A stretch of 61,000 nt of DNA, filler included, from Asterionella formosa (Eukaryota), in NCBI GenBank assembly GCA_002256025.1. It is 5 parts of 5 records of this genome, joined end to end, with 100 filler letters (N's around TTAATTAATTAA, not from the genome) between each part and the next. Parts side by side here need not be neighbours in the genome. Positions count along the whole stretch, not along the records: positions 48,884 to 61,000 come from NKIB01007833.1; 4 more parts are not named here. One strand, written 5' to 3'. The notes beneath the pieces are model-generated. The model saw only the letters and a program-made list of their open reading frames with translations. It did no database searches and had not been told where the DNA came from. The position numbers and the translations under genes were made by a program. This document shows positions 50,620 to 61,000 of this stretch, piece by piece. Position 1 is the first letter of the stretch. Every line of letters begins with the position of its first letter.

Positions 50620-51862
50620 CAGAAATGCAGCGAACTCCCCTCCGGGTTCCATACATAGACATATCATTACCTCCTAGTACCAAGTCTACTGGCGGACTAA
50701 CCTACACGCTGCTTCTGATCCTCCTCCTATGCACCATGCCCGTTTTGGGTTCCTTTGCTGCCGCTCTTCCACTTAATTTACCTCCACCACCAGTGTTTCA
50801 TCATCCCAACACTGCTTTTAGAATTCAAAGAATACAGAATCATCGAGAACCCCTCTCTCTACACTGCACAAGAAACCCAAAGCCACAGAACCATTTGTTG
50901 GCGCACATTTCACGCACCACTCTCCAATCCCTGCATTTTCCACCACTGTCACTTCTCCTCCCCCTCGACAGACCCCTAACTCTCCTGCTTATCATGTCCT
51001 GATAAACCATTTTGATGGTCCGCACAGCTATTCGAAAAGAGTCATCTACCACAGCCAGCCCCAAACCCTCTATTTTTCCGGCCACCAAAAAGGCACCTTA
51101 CCCAGCGCTACATCTGACAGAGTCTCCTCCCCCTATCAAAACCTCCCCAAACCCAAAAACACAGCGCCTTTTGACCGCTCTTACCACTCTGTAAGGCTCC
51201 ATTTCAGCTTAGCATTCAATTATTTGATTCCTACTCAGCAAACTATTCCTCCGCCCAAGATTGTAGATCCAATTAACTCCAATATCACTGCATTATTCTT
51301 TCATTCCAGGCCTCCTTTCAAAAATATTTTGCTTCCACATCTCTGCGCCAGTGATTGTCCCATTCTTTTGAATAGCACCAGCTAGCTCAATACTCTGCCT
51401 TCACTAGCTTCCAACATGCCTTCAGCTATCAGCCAAGCAACTCAATCATTTCACTCATCTGAACTTTGCTAGCTACCTCTTAATGTCGTCATTCTTACTA
51501 GCATCCAATATATTCTCACAACTCTCTCTCTGTCTTCCAGTAGGACCATGCATCCATTCTTTTCCTCTCTTTCTCACCATGCTTCAAAGATGATTTGTCA
51601 TGAACATTTGTTTCTCTCACTTTCTCCACCAAAATCTAAGTGCTACATGGGCTCCTTGCCTGAGTCACGCCCAATAACAAAACCTCCTCATCTTACTCTA
51701 AGAGCCGCATGGGCTCCTTGCCTGGCTCCCCTGTCCTAAATTTACAATCCTGGCCCTCTGGGCCACAGTGCAACCCAAAGAACTCCACCATAGTCAATGC
51801 TCTATAATGCATACTTAAATATTTTCTTTGCAACTAGTTACATAATATATATATATATATAT
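50620..51862 (+). mobile_element. Possible 5'-truncated, decayed non-LTR retroelement 3' end
   Basis: Abrupt C/T-rich, G-poor segment with broken frames ending in a (TA)n tract at ~51845-51860; no diagnostic RT motif seen. Confidence 0.25.
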
Positions 51863-52910
51863 TAAGCTATCTTAATAACTTACTGATTTTACTAAGCAAC
51901 TTCCTGCTTTTACGAAATTAGAAGATTGGTGTAATCTTTCCTGTGTGGATCATCATACCAACCACCATTTGATATTGTCATGTCATACAGTTTCAAGAAT
52001 ATGTTGGATGGAAGACAAGGAAATTTTTTGCAAAAGAGTCTTGTTTCCCATGATGTGTTCATGTCTGTCCAATTGTAAGATGCGCTTTTTGCTTGTTGCT
52101 TTGGAACTTGCTTTCTTCCAACAACACAAGCAACCCTTGTCTTCTTAACACCAGAGGTTGTTTCATTCTTATTATTTGCTTATCAGATGTTGTTGGATGG
52201 AGATTGCTGCAGATTGAACTTCCAAATGGAACTGAGAAACCGGTTCATTTTGCAACACACCAGCTGGCAAGCAAGGCTGCTGGTAGTTGCCAGCCATGGC
52301 AACCATTGTTGCTTCCATTCTGGCTGCACACATTGTTGATAATGCACCACCAGGAAGGTTGACGATGATAGTATTGGTGAATTATTATTATTTATCAATA
52401 AAAATATTAAAAGTAATGATAATTATATTAATAATGATATGCAATATAAAGGACAACAATACTACTAATACTTAAAGAAGGATCGACTATCGTAGTACGG
52501 TACTACCGGTATATGTGATGACGATTTTATGTTGTTTCCGCTACCGGTAAATTTTGATTGGTGGAGACATTTTAGGGTTACGAAGATTGGGTCAGAAGTA
52601 TCGAGGATGACCCCCAAAATATTCTAGCGAACGAAGATTAATCTTGGTAAACAATCATGGGGGATTTGCAAGTTATTTATAGCCCGAAAGGGACGAATAT
52701 AAGAAGATGAAACGCCCAACAGGTATCTGGGCTACTCAACAAATCATCGTAATTCGGGCACCGTAATACGGGGCCTATGTAATGTAGTAAATATCGATTT
52801 TACACATGAATGTTCAGTATAGTTAGTACCAGGTACCAGGTACTAGGTACTACTGCCTGGTAGGTCGTTACCAGGTACCGTATCTGGTACCGTACCTGTA
52901 TGCATTACGG

Positions 52911-55186
52911 ATGCTATTTTGGATCTTTTCTAACCAAGACATGACAAAGCCAGTCACAGTCACAGACACACTCACCTCCTCTCAACCTGTGTATTACAAT
53001 CCTACCGGGTATTCATTCAATTCTACAATCATGCCTGCTGTTTCCATGGTGCGGAATAGTAGAAGCGACCGCAGTGAAAGCTATCAAGGCGGCTGGTCGA
53101 CTTCCCTTTCAGCGCTGTTCCAAGATCCGTCGTCCAAATCTGACTGCTGCGCCTTGGCATGTTGTGGCTTACTCCTGAGCGATCGCAATTACTACTTGGC
53201 TCTGGACGAACCTCCTCCTCCCTGGTGGAAGCGTCTGGGCATATACATTGGATTGCCCATTCTGGTCGTGACCGTGTACGTTGTGTGCAGCACGTTCCTA
53301 GCCACACCAGACACGAAGAAATATTGGACAGCAATGCTGGTGTGGACTCTGTTTTTGTTGCTGGTGGCATTGTTGTGCAAGGCCAAGTATGAACGTATCC
53401 GAGTTCGGAAAGCAGTCATGACTAAACTTCACTGTGCCAAGTATGGTGCTACTACTAACAACCCTAGTCGGAATACTATCGGTACTACTAACAATCCGGA
53501 GGATCAAGATGAAAATGAACATGATGCTGTCGATGCAATTGTTGGTTCGTCAGTCTCACATATTTCAGTCGACAGCTACCTTCAACTTCATGCGCATGAT
53601 ATTAGAGCAGCTCATGCCTTGTGTACATGCTTTAACACCGATGTTGTTTACGTACATAACAACAACGATACTTTGGACGATGGTATGGATGAACCCGTCA
53701 ATAATAACATCATGGTCCTTCAGGAACGACCTCCGGCGGATTTATGTCGCTGTTTGTGGAACACATTATTAGCTTCCTGTTGTGGATACTTATGTGGAGC
53801 GTGGTGGTTGTGCTGTGGAATGTGTGCCATTTCACAAGAAGACAGAGAATTGAGGAGATTGTTACCCAAGAAGGACCTACAAGTCGACTACATTACATTT
53901 GAACCATACGTTGATTATTTGAATAAGTTTCAAAATTTGAGACTTCATCAGGTCAAATCGCTCTGGATGCATGTCAAAGCCATGTCGCAACTTTCACGCA
54001 AGTTGGTGACGATTTTAGGACTCACCTTGATATGGTTGACTTTTGTTGCCCTATTGAATATTGATCCAGAGTTTCATGTTTTGAATTTAGTAGTGGTAAG
54101 TAGGGAATGAAATGTATGATTAAACAATCGTCATGTATCAATATCATATACCTAACTCATCTACCTAAACCTGCCAATCACCAGGTCGTGGCAACATTCT
54201 CACAAGCATTTATCATCATTTACTTTGTCCATTGGAACCGAAATCGATTTGACTTGTCCCTAGATGCTGTCATTAAATACTTTTCTTCTGGTTTTGTTTT
54301 GTGCACCTTTATAGCAATGGCTTACGAAATGATGGTATCATCAGTCCTGCAATTCTTTATATTCATTATTCTTATTTGCGGAGTCATGGGAGAAGTCACA
54401 CCAGGAATGACAAATCAACAAATGAATGACTTAGGGAAACAATTTGCCAAGGATCATGTTGGGATCTTTGTTGTTTTTGTATTCTTGAATGCATACCTCG
54501 TTGCAGCCCTAGTTGAAGAGCTTTCAAAGTATTTTGGGTTCTGGATGTTGGAACATCCAGATTTGATGGATGCCAAGGATATTGTCGTCCCGACAGAAGA
54601 TGGACAAGAAATCAATACCAACAACTGTACACTGCAATCACGAGGAGCTGCTATAACCATTGCCATGGTAGCAGTTGCCACAGGCTTTGCATGCTCGGAA
54701 AATTTGCTCTATGTCTTTGTGTATACCCCACCAAGTGTTACCAATGAACTTGCTACACTTGTAGCACGATCACTCTTTCCTGTACATCCACTCTGTGCCG
54801 CAATTCAATCCATTGGTGTTGTCCAGAGGGATTTGGAAGGTGACAGGAAGAGTCAGTTGGGACGAATTGTGTTTCCAGCAGTACTGTTGCATGGATCATT
54901 TGATTTTGTGCTCATGATTATGGCACTCTTGGATGGAGCCAACCAGCCAGCAGCAACTACTGGCACCAACTCAACTACTGGAACTTACTCAAACACAGAT
55001 GACAAGGATGACACCATACATGTAGATGATGGCATTCCCATGACCGAAACTATTTTTTCTGTGGCCATGAGTGTTGGTTTCATGGTGGCAGGCTTTTTCT
55101 ATTATTATTGTGCATCTAAATCGCAAAGGCTGAGATTAATAGAACTTGAACAAGGAAATCAAGGTGGAAGTGAGATGTTGGTGTAA
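52911..55186 (+). CDS. PLAC8-like Cys-rich domain fused to a PrsW-family intramembrane metalloprotease; exons 52911..54095 and 54185..55186 (start may be 52941 or 53031)
   Basis: PrsW motifs VEELSK, GFACSEN, PVHP and LHGSFD. PLAC8-like motifs WSTSL..DCCALACC and CCGMCAISQEDRE. Phase-0 intron 54096..54184. Confidence 0.82.
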
Positions 55187-55751
55187 AACTGGGGATTGGA
55201 ATGTGAACCCATTTATTAGAATGAACATGTCGAAGTCCTTGAGGGACGATTCATTTGTTGCACTCTATTATTCATATTAAATGAAACACATATTCAAATA
55301 GGAAAACGATATTTTGTCCCCCTTTTGTGATGATGCGAAATATTTATTTCCTTTACTGTACGGTATGTACCAGTATAATAAAAGATTATTAACAAGGAGG
55401 TTTTGTTGTAGCAAACGAAATTTCTATGTATCATGTATACACGTGTATTTACGGTAGTCATCACGTCATCACATCGACTTGTAAACCTTAGTATATACAT
55501 ATATATATACCGGTATGTAGTATGAAGTACCTAGGTCTTCAGGTAAGGAAGGAACAAGGAATCCCCTTCGGTCTGTCTGTGGCTCCTGCCTTGTTCACTC
55601 CTTTTACTCCTTACGCGTTACTCGATACATGATTGCGTGATGAGGCGCCGACTCAACAATGGCAGCCCTGACTTTACAAGTTGCTTCTCACAACCCTTTT
55701 TTTGTTGGACAAAGTTTTCGTGTCTCTTTTCAAAAATACGACCTTACGACC

Positions 55752-56156
55752 ATGTTCATCCCAAAGCAGAACCGCATTGCCACCTTCAGCTACCTCTTCA
55801 AGGAGGGCGTGCTGGTGGTCAAGAAGGACACTCGTTCTCCAACCCACCCGGCCATTGAAGGACCTTCCAACTTGGAGGTTTTGTGCCTCATGAAGTCCTT
55901 GAAATCCAGAGGATTCGTCCGCATCACCTTCAACTGGCAGTACAACTATTGCTACTTGACCACGGAAGGGATCGAGTACCTGCGCAACTACTTGGCCTTG
56001 CCAGCTGAAATTGTGCCAGCGACTCACAAAAAGACGGCCGCCCGCCCAGGTGGACGTGATCAAGAGGACGAAAAGCCAGAGCGTGGAGGAGACCGTCCTC
56101 CAGCCTTTCGTGGTGGAGAACGCAGTGGGGGATTCGGACGTGGAGGTGGTATGTAA
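55752..56156 (+). CDS. RPS10: 40S ribosomal protein S10 (eS10)
   Basis: MFIPKQNR...YLFKEGVLVVKKD...NLEVLCLMKSLKSRGFV..FNWQYNY..LT.EGIEYLRNYLALPAEIVPATHKK and an RGG tail. The true start is ATG 55752. Confidence 0.97.
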   Translation: MFIPKQNRIATFSYLFKEGVLVVKKDTRSPTHPAIEGPSNLEVLCLMKSLKSRGFVRITFNWQYNYCYLTTEGIEYLRNYLALPAEIVPATHKKTAARPGGRDQEDEKPERGGDRPPAFRGGERSGGFGRGGGM

Positions 56157-56413
56157 CATGTAATACTCTTGGATTGTCACACCCTACCAAAACGCCTTGT
56201 TTCGTATATTTATTTACCAATTTATTGTACCGGTAGTCTACTTTACTTTTCGCGCGCTAGGTAGACGTTGATATGCCAATGAATAGTAAATCATTGGATA
56301 GTCTACTTGTTTGATTGATGTTCATGTGTTTTGTTGAAACAAATATCAATTTCCATTGCACCACCTTTCAACATGGCAATTATTACAGAATTTATAAAAA
56401 ATAAAACATGGTT

Positions 56414-57127
56414 CTATACATTTGTTTGTCTTGCAGCGCCTCCTCCAACGGCAGACGTTGCAGCTGCGCCAGCAAGCATGCCAAATAAATTGTGTCGAAT
56501 GGCAGCCATGGCCCCCTGCTGTGCCCCTTCTTGGACCATTTGAGTGAACTTCGCCTTTTGGTCTGACGAGCACTTGTAGTATCCATACACATTGGCCACT
56601 GACAAGGACCCGCCCATACAAACTGTCAACAACCAGCCCAACTGAAATTTCAGTAACCCAACCATAAAGAGACACATCCACACCAGGGGTGTAACATACA
56701 GGACAGTCCAGAACACTGACGTGTCAAACTTGTTCGACGCCCGCTCGTTGGCAGATTCGAATATCCAACGAGTGGTTTCCCCGTCCACTTGGTTCCACCA
56801 TCGCAGTCCCACCAACAAGCGGCCAGTGATGTTCTTGACGACCCAAAAGTCCGCTGCGAGCAGCAAAATGCAACACACTGTGACGGTAATGAACTGAGCC
56901 CCACTGACTCCTCCTCGTCCGTCCGAGACGAACCACCCCCCAAGGATGTACAAGGACAGGGCAAGTAGTTTAAAGAGACAGTGAAAGATGCACGCGACGG
57001 GGTGCGAACTGTTCTTCAAGGAGAGGCTGCTGCCTTCTGTTGCGCCCCCGCCGCCAGCGTTTCGGTTTCCTTCCCAGCTGGACTGGTCCGGCTCTCCTTC
57101 GATGCTGAATTGAAGGTCGTGCGACAT
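56414..57127 (-). CDS. TVP23: Golgi membrane protein TVP23 (FAM18)
   Basis: HPVACIFHCLFK, LLAADFWVVKNITGRLLVGLRWWN, WIFES and NVYGYYKC. Confidence 0.95.
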   Translation of the reverse strand: MSHDLQFSIEGEPDQSSWEGNRNAGGGGATEGSSLSLKNSSHPVACIFHCLFKLLALSLYILGGWFVSDGRGGVSGAQFITVTVCCILLLAADFWVVKNITGRLLVGLRWWNQVDGETTRWIFESANERASNKFDTSVFWTVLYVTPLVWMCLFMVGLLKFQLGWLLTVCMGGSLSVANVYGYYKCSSDQKAKFTQMVQEGAQQGAMAAIRHNLFGMLAGAAATSAVGGGAARQTNV

Positions 57128-58495
57128 GGAAAGAAAGGACTATACAAGAGGGACTTGACAGGATGTGATTAAAGAATACACTGTTGTTGCAGGATGTGAA
57201 AACGGAATACACTGTTGTTGCAATATACCGGTACATATGTACAACCTGAAGTGGCAACGAGTACCGGTACCCGTGCAGTAGTAGCAAATCCGCAGAAGCG
57301 ACAACTGTCGTGCCGTGCCTAGCAACAAGAATACCATATCCAAGTCCTGCTTCTGCTAATACATACTACTGGTCCAATGTACTACTAGGTTCTCCACTAC
57401 CACGTAGAATAACACGTTTTGTCACGAATTTCTGATACCAGTACTAGTTCAAAAATCTGAAACAATCCATCAGTAGCTGAGCAAGTAGCTAGCGCTTCTC
57501 TATGTATTAACGAGCTACACTGAACATTCATTTGTATAATCGATATGGTTGTTTAGTCATACTAATAGATCGAATGTAATGAAATAGAGGAGGTTCAAAG
57601 CAGTTTTTAGGAGGTAGTACCAGGAACTTCACTTGGTTGTTGTGGTTGCCTCTTGTGTGTCATCAAAAAGCAGTCTTGATTTTGATTTCATGGATGTCAT
57701 TGCTGTTGTGGCGCTTGTGATAGCATTTGATGCTTTGGGTAACATTTCCATTATTCTGGCACTTCTTGGTTGCTGGATGAAGTGGGTCCTTTGAACCTGG
57801 TGTTGAGATTCGCAATTTTTTTCATTTTCCAATCATGCCTGCATTCAATAACAGACAACCCCTAGTACTAGATTTATTTCCGAAAACTATTGGCAGCATT
57901 CATGGCATGATGTTAATGTACTTTGAGGTCACCAATGCTGTGGAAATTCAGAGTAAAACATCCCTCTTATCAGTGCTAGAGTAGTTGTCATCATCAGCCA
58001 TTCTTGTGACAATCCTTTGTATAAATTATGTTTAGTTTCATTGTGATGAAACTACTTCTACATGTGATTTCTATGTCAAATCATACAAGATCTAAAAGTC
58101 TGAAAATATATATCTTTCTTACTTCACACGATTTTCAACTTCTTCATATCTCAACCAATCCTGGTCACATTTCTGACTTAAGCTCCTCACCATCATACTA
58201 AATACATTAGCTTTAGTTTGAAATGTGTCAAGGATTAGCAGGGAAATGAAGAAAATTGATTTCCAATCAACCCCTCATTTGTTTAGCCCCATTGTAGAAA
58301 TCATACCAAGTGCATGATGTAGTAATGGTACCTGGTAGTAATTGATGGCAAATATGCATTACTACTATGAAACGTAGTACAGAGAACCACCGGTATTTTA
58401 CATAAAACATGTATTGTAACAGTATTTTACACCTCCTTTTTCATTTTCAGCGCTATGATTGTCGTCTCATGGGATCATAATAGCCACTAAAGCAG

Positions 58496-61000
58496 ATGGC
58501 ATACCCTTCCTTCCTTCCACTATTTGGATGCTTTCTCTGCCTATGGTTACTAACTTCCTGTCAGGGATTCATCTCATGCGAGCAACATTACTCAAAGCTC
58601 CGCCTCAATCAAGAATTATTCACAACAAGCAAAAATACTGAAAGTTATCAGAAAACAGAACAGCAAGCTGTTGATACATTTATACAAGCTAGGCCATCCA
58701 AACGATTAGCCCCGAGGGAGCTCCATGAAAATTACCTTCCAGAGCTGGAGGTTCATCTGCTGGAACAGAACCAAAAACTATCGGTAAACGCATCGAAATG
58801 GGCAATTGGGATCAGGCTCGGACGAACCAAGTTTTTGGCTGAGTATGCCACAAGATTGCAGCGACTTGGTCTGTTGACGGAGAAGTCAATTCGACGCCTC
58901 CAGTCGCCTGAAGGTGTATTGAGCCCGAAGGAACTTCATGAAAAGTATCTTCTGGAGCTGGAGATTCATTATCAGGATGGGAACCAAAAACTATCGGTAA
59001 ACGCATCGATATGGGCCAGTAAGATCAGGCGCGGCAGAACCAAAATTTTGGCTGAGTATGCCACAAGATTGCAGCAGCTTGGTCTGTTGACGGAGGAAAC
59101 AATTCAAACAAATGTTACGGATAACATTCATTTTGAGAGCCGAAATCATCGCCATATATTGCCTGAAGGAGTCAAACAATCGTCCCCGACAACAAGCTTT
59201 GAAAAGTACCTTCTGGAGCTGGAGGATCATCTTCAGGATAGGAAACAAAAGCCATCTAAGAACGCATGGAGATGGGCCGGTAGGATCAGGCACGGCCAGA
59301 ATAAGTATTCATCTGAGTATGCCACAAGATTGCGGCGACTTTTTCTGTTGACAGAGAAGTCAATTCAACGCGATATTATTGAGAATCGCCCAAATTTGCC
59401 AAAAGAAGTCAAACGATTGACCCCGAAGGAACTTCATGAAAAGTACCTTCCGGAGCTGGAAGTTCATCACCTGGATAACACTAAAAAACCATCGAAAGCC
59501 GCTTCAATATGGGCCAATAGAATCCGGTGCGGACAAACCAAAATTTTGTCTGAGTATTTCACGAGATTACAGCAGCTTGGTCTGTTCACGGAGAAGTCAA
59601 TTCAACGCCGTCAATCGCCTGAAGGTAGATTAACCCCTGCGAAACTTGATAAAAAGTACCTTCTAGAGCTGGAGCTTCATCATCAGGATAGAAACCAAAA
59701 ACTATCGGTAAACGCATCGATATGGGCCAGTAAGATCAGGCGCGGCAGAACCAAAATTTTGGCTGAGTATGCCACAAGATTGCATCAGCTTGGTCTGTTG
59801 TCGGAGGAGACAATTCAAACAAATGTTACGGATAACATTCATTTTGAGAGCCGAAATCATCGCCATAAATTGCCTGAAGGAGTCAAACAATCGTCCCCGA
59901 CAACAAGCTTTGAAAAGTACCTTCTGGAGCTGGAGGATCATCATCAGGATGGAAAACGAATGGCATCTGAAAACGCATGGAGATGGGCCGGTAGGATCAG
60001 GCACGGACGAATCAAGTATTCGGCTGAGTACGCCACGAGATTGCAGCGACTTTTTCTGTTGACAGAGAAGTCAATTCAACGCGATATTATTGAGAATCGC
60101 CCAAATTTGCCAAAAGAAGTCAAACGATTGACCCCGAAGGAACTTCATGAAAAGTACCTTCCGGAGCTGGAAGTTCATCATCTGGATAACACTAAAAAAC
60201 CATCGAAAGCCGCTTCAATATGGGCCAATAGAATCCGGCGCAGACAAACCAAAATTTTGTCTGAGTATTTCACGAGATTACAGCAGCTTGGTTTGTTCAC
60301 GGAGAAGTCAATTCAACGCCGTCAATCGCCTGAAGGTGTATTTACCTTGAAGAAACTTGATGAAAAGTATCTTCTGGAGCTGGAGATTCATTATCAGGAT
60401 GAGAATCAAAAACTATCGGTAAACGCATCGATATGGGCCAGTAAGATCAGGCGCGGCAGAACCAAAATTTTGGCTGAGTATGCCACAAGATTGCATCAGC
60501 TTGGTCTGTTGTCGGAGGAGACAATTCAAACAAATGTTACGGATAATATTGATTTTGAGAGCCGAAATCATCGCCATAAATTGCCTGAAGGAGTCAAACA
60601 ATCGTCCCCGACAACAAGCTTTGAAAAGCACCTTCTGGAGCTGGAGGATCATCATCAGGATGGAAAACGAATGCCATCTGAGAACGCATTGAAATGGGCC
60701 AGTGGGATCAGGCACGGCCAGAATAAGTATTCATCTGAGTATGCCACAAGATTGCGGCGACTGTTTCTGTTGACAGAGAAGTCAATTCAACGCGATATTA
60801 TTGAGAATCGCCCAAATTTGCCAAAAGAAGTCAAACGATTGTCCCCGAAGGAACTTCATGAAAATTTTCTTCGGGAGCTGGAAGTTCATCACCTGGATAA
60901 CACTAAAAAACCATCGAAAGCCGCTTCAATATGGGCCAATAGAATCCGGTGCGGACAAACCAAAATTTTGTCTGAGTATTTCACGAGATTACAGCAGCTT
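58496..61000 (+). CDS. Tandem helical-repeat protein (at least 835 aa, 3' partial) with a signal + Phe presequence and at least 10 HA-domain-like modules; absent from the ORF track
   Basis: Manual translation from ATG 58496 (in-frame stops just upstream) has no stop through 61000. It begins MAYPSFLPLFGCFLCLWLLTSCQG-F; modules are roughly EKYLxELExH...SxNAxxWAxxIRxGxxKxxxEYxTRLxxLxL. Confidence 0.88.
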   Translation, partial: MAYPSFLPLFGCFLCLWLLTSCQGFISCEQHYSKLRLNQELFTTSKNTESYQKTEQQAVDTFIQARPSKRLAPRELHENYLPELEVHLLEQNQKLSVNASKWAIGIRLGRTKFLAEYATRLQRLGLLTEKSIRRLQSPEGVLSPKELHEKYLLELEIHYQDGNQKLSVNASIWASKIRRGRTKILAEYATRLQQLGLLTEETIQTNVTDNIHFESRNHRHILPEGVKQSSPTTSFEKYLLELEDHLQDRKQKPSKNAWRWAGRIRHGQNKYSSEYATRLRRLFLLTEKSIQRDIIENRPNLPKEVKRLTPKELHEKYLPELEVHHLDNTKKPSKAASIWANRIRCGQTKILSEYFTRLQQLGLFTEKSIQRRQSPEGRLTPAKLDKKYLLELELHHQDRNQKLSVNASIWASKIRRGRTKILAEYATRLHQLGLLSEETIQTNVTDNIHFESRNHRHKLPEGVKQSSPTTSFEKYLLELEDHHQDGKRMASENAWRWAGRIRHGRIKYSAEYATRLQRLFLLTEKSIQRDIIENRPNLPKEVKRLTPKELHEKYLPELEVHHLDNTKKPSKAASIWANRIRRRQTKILSEYFTRLQQLGLFTEKSIQRRQSPEGVFTLKKLDEKYLLELEIHYQDENQKLSVNASIWASKIRRGRTKILAEYATRLHQLGLLSEETIQTNVTDNIDFESRNHRHKLPEGVKQSSPTTSFEKHLLELEDHHQDGKRMPSENALKWASGIRHGQNKYSSEYATRLRRLFLLTEKSIQRDIIENRPNLPKEVKRLSPKELHENFLRELEVHHLDNTKKPSKAASIWANRIRCGQTKILSEYFTRLQQL
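58721..61000 (+). repeat. Coding higher-order tandem repeat: 711-bp unit made of 261+237+213-bp monomers
   Basis: Anchor AAAAGTA(C/T)C at 58941, 59202, 59439, 59652 and onward; CTATCGGTAAACGCATCGATATGG at 58991, 59702 and 60413. Confidence 0.95.

Noticed and set aside
55659..55751. N-terminal extension of RPS10
   Set aside because: Family homology starts at MFIPK (55752); the upstream in-frame ATG probably lies in the promoter or 5' UTR.
58812..60715. Short repeated ORFs in the track (MPDPTGP..., MKSTFRSW..., MPQDCIS...)
   Set aside because: Shadow frames of the long + strand ORF, interrupted by stops in every unit.
58721..61000. Centromeric or satellite higher-order repeat, or a CRISPR-like array
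   Set aside because: All monomer lengths are multiples of 3 and one frame is fully open from an ATG with a signal peptide. There are no unique spacers or cas genes.

Overview
Eukaryotic nuclear DNA, most likely from a diatom. This is inferred from short GT-AG introns, signal peptide + Phe plastid presequences, RXL motifs and diatom-type transposons. It is a draft scaffold with five N-gaps and a poly-G artefact. Intact genes: plastid CbbY-like HAD phosphatase, myosin with an IQ/ankyrin/kinase-like tail, a 54-aa-periodic helical protein, SFT2, a small secreted RXL/KGGK peptide precursor, an FLVCR-like MFS transporter, a 6-exon inward-rectifier K+ channel, an MscS channel, a PLAC8-PrsW fusion, RPS10 and TVP23. 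Between them lie decayed transposons (Harbinger, Copia with an intact 3' LTR, Ginger-like, Gypsy, IS630/Tc1-like, pogo-like), a trypsin pseudogene and a tRNA-like element. Main observation: the apparent 711-bp satellite at the right end is one uninterrupted ORF (58496 to beyond 61000) that the ORF track misses. It encodes a probably plastid-targeted protein with at least 10 tandem helical modules. These resemble helicase-associated (HA) domains and vary in sequence around a W-A-x-x-I-R motif, making it a candidate modular nucleic-acid reader. Exon boundaries and translations were worked out by eye; family calls rest on motif recognition, not database searches.
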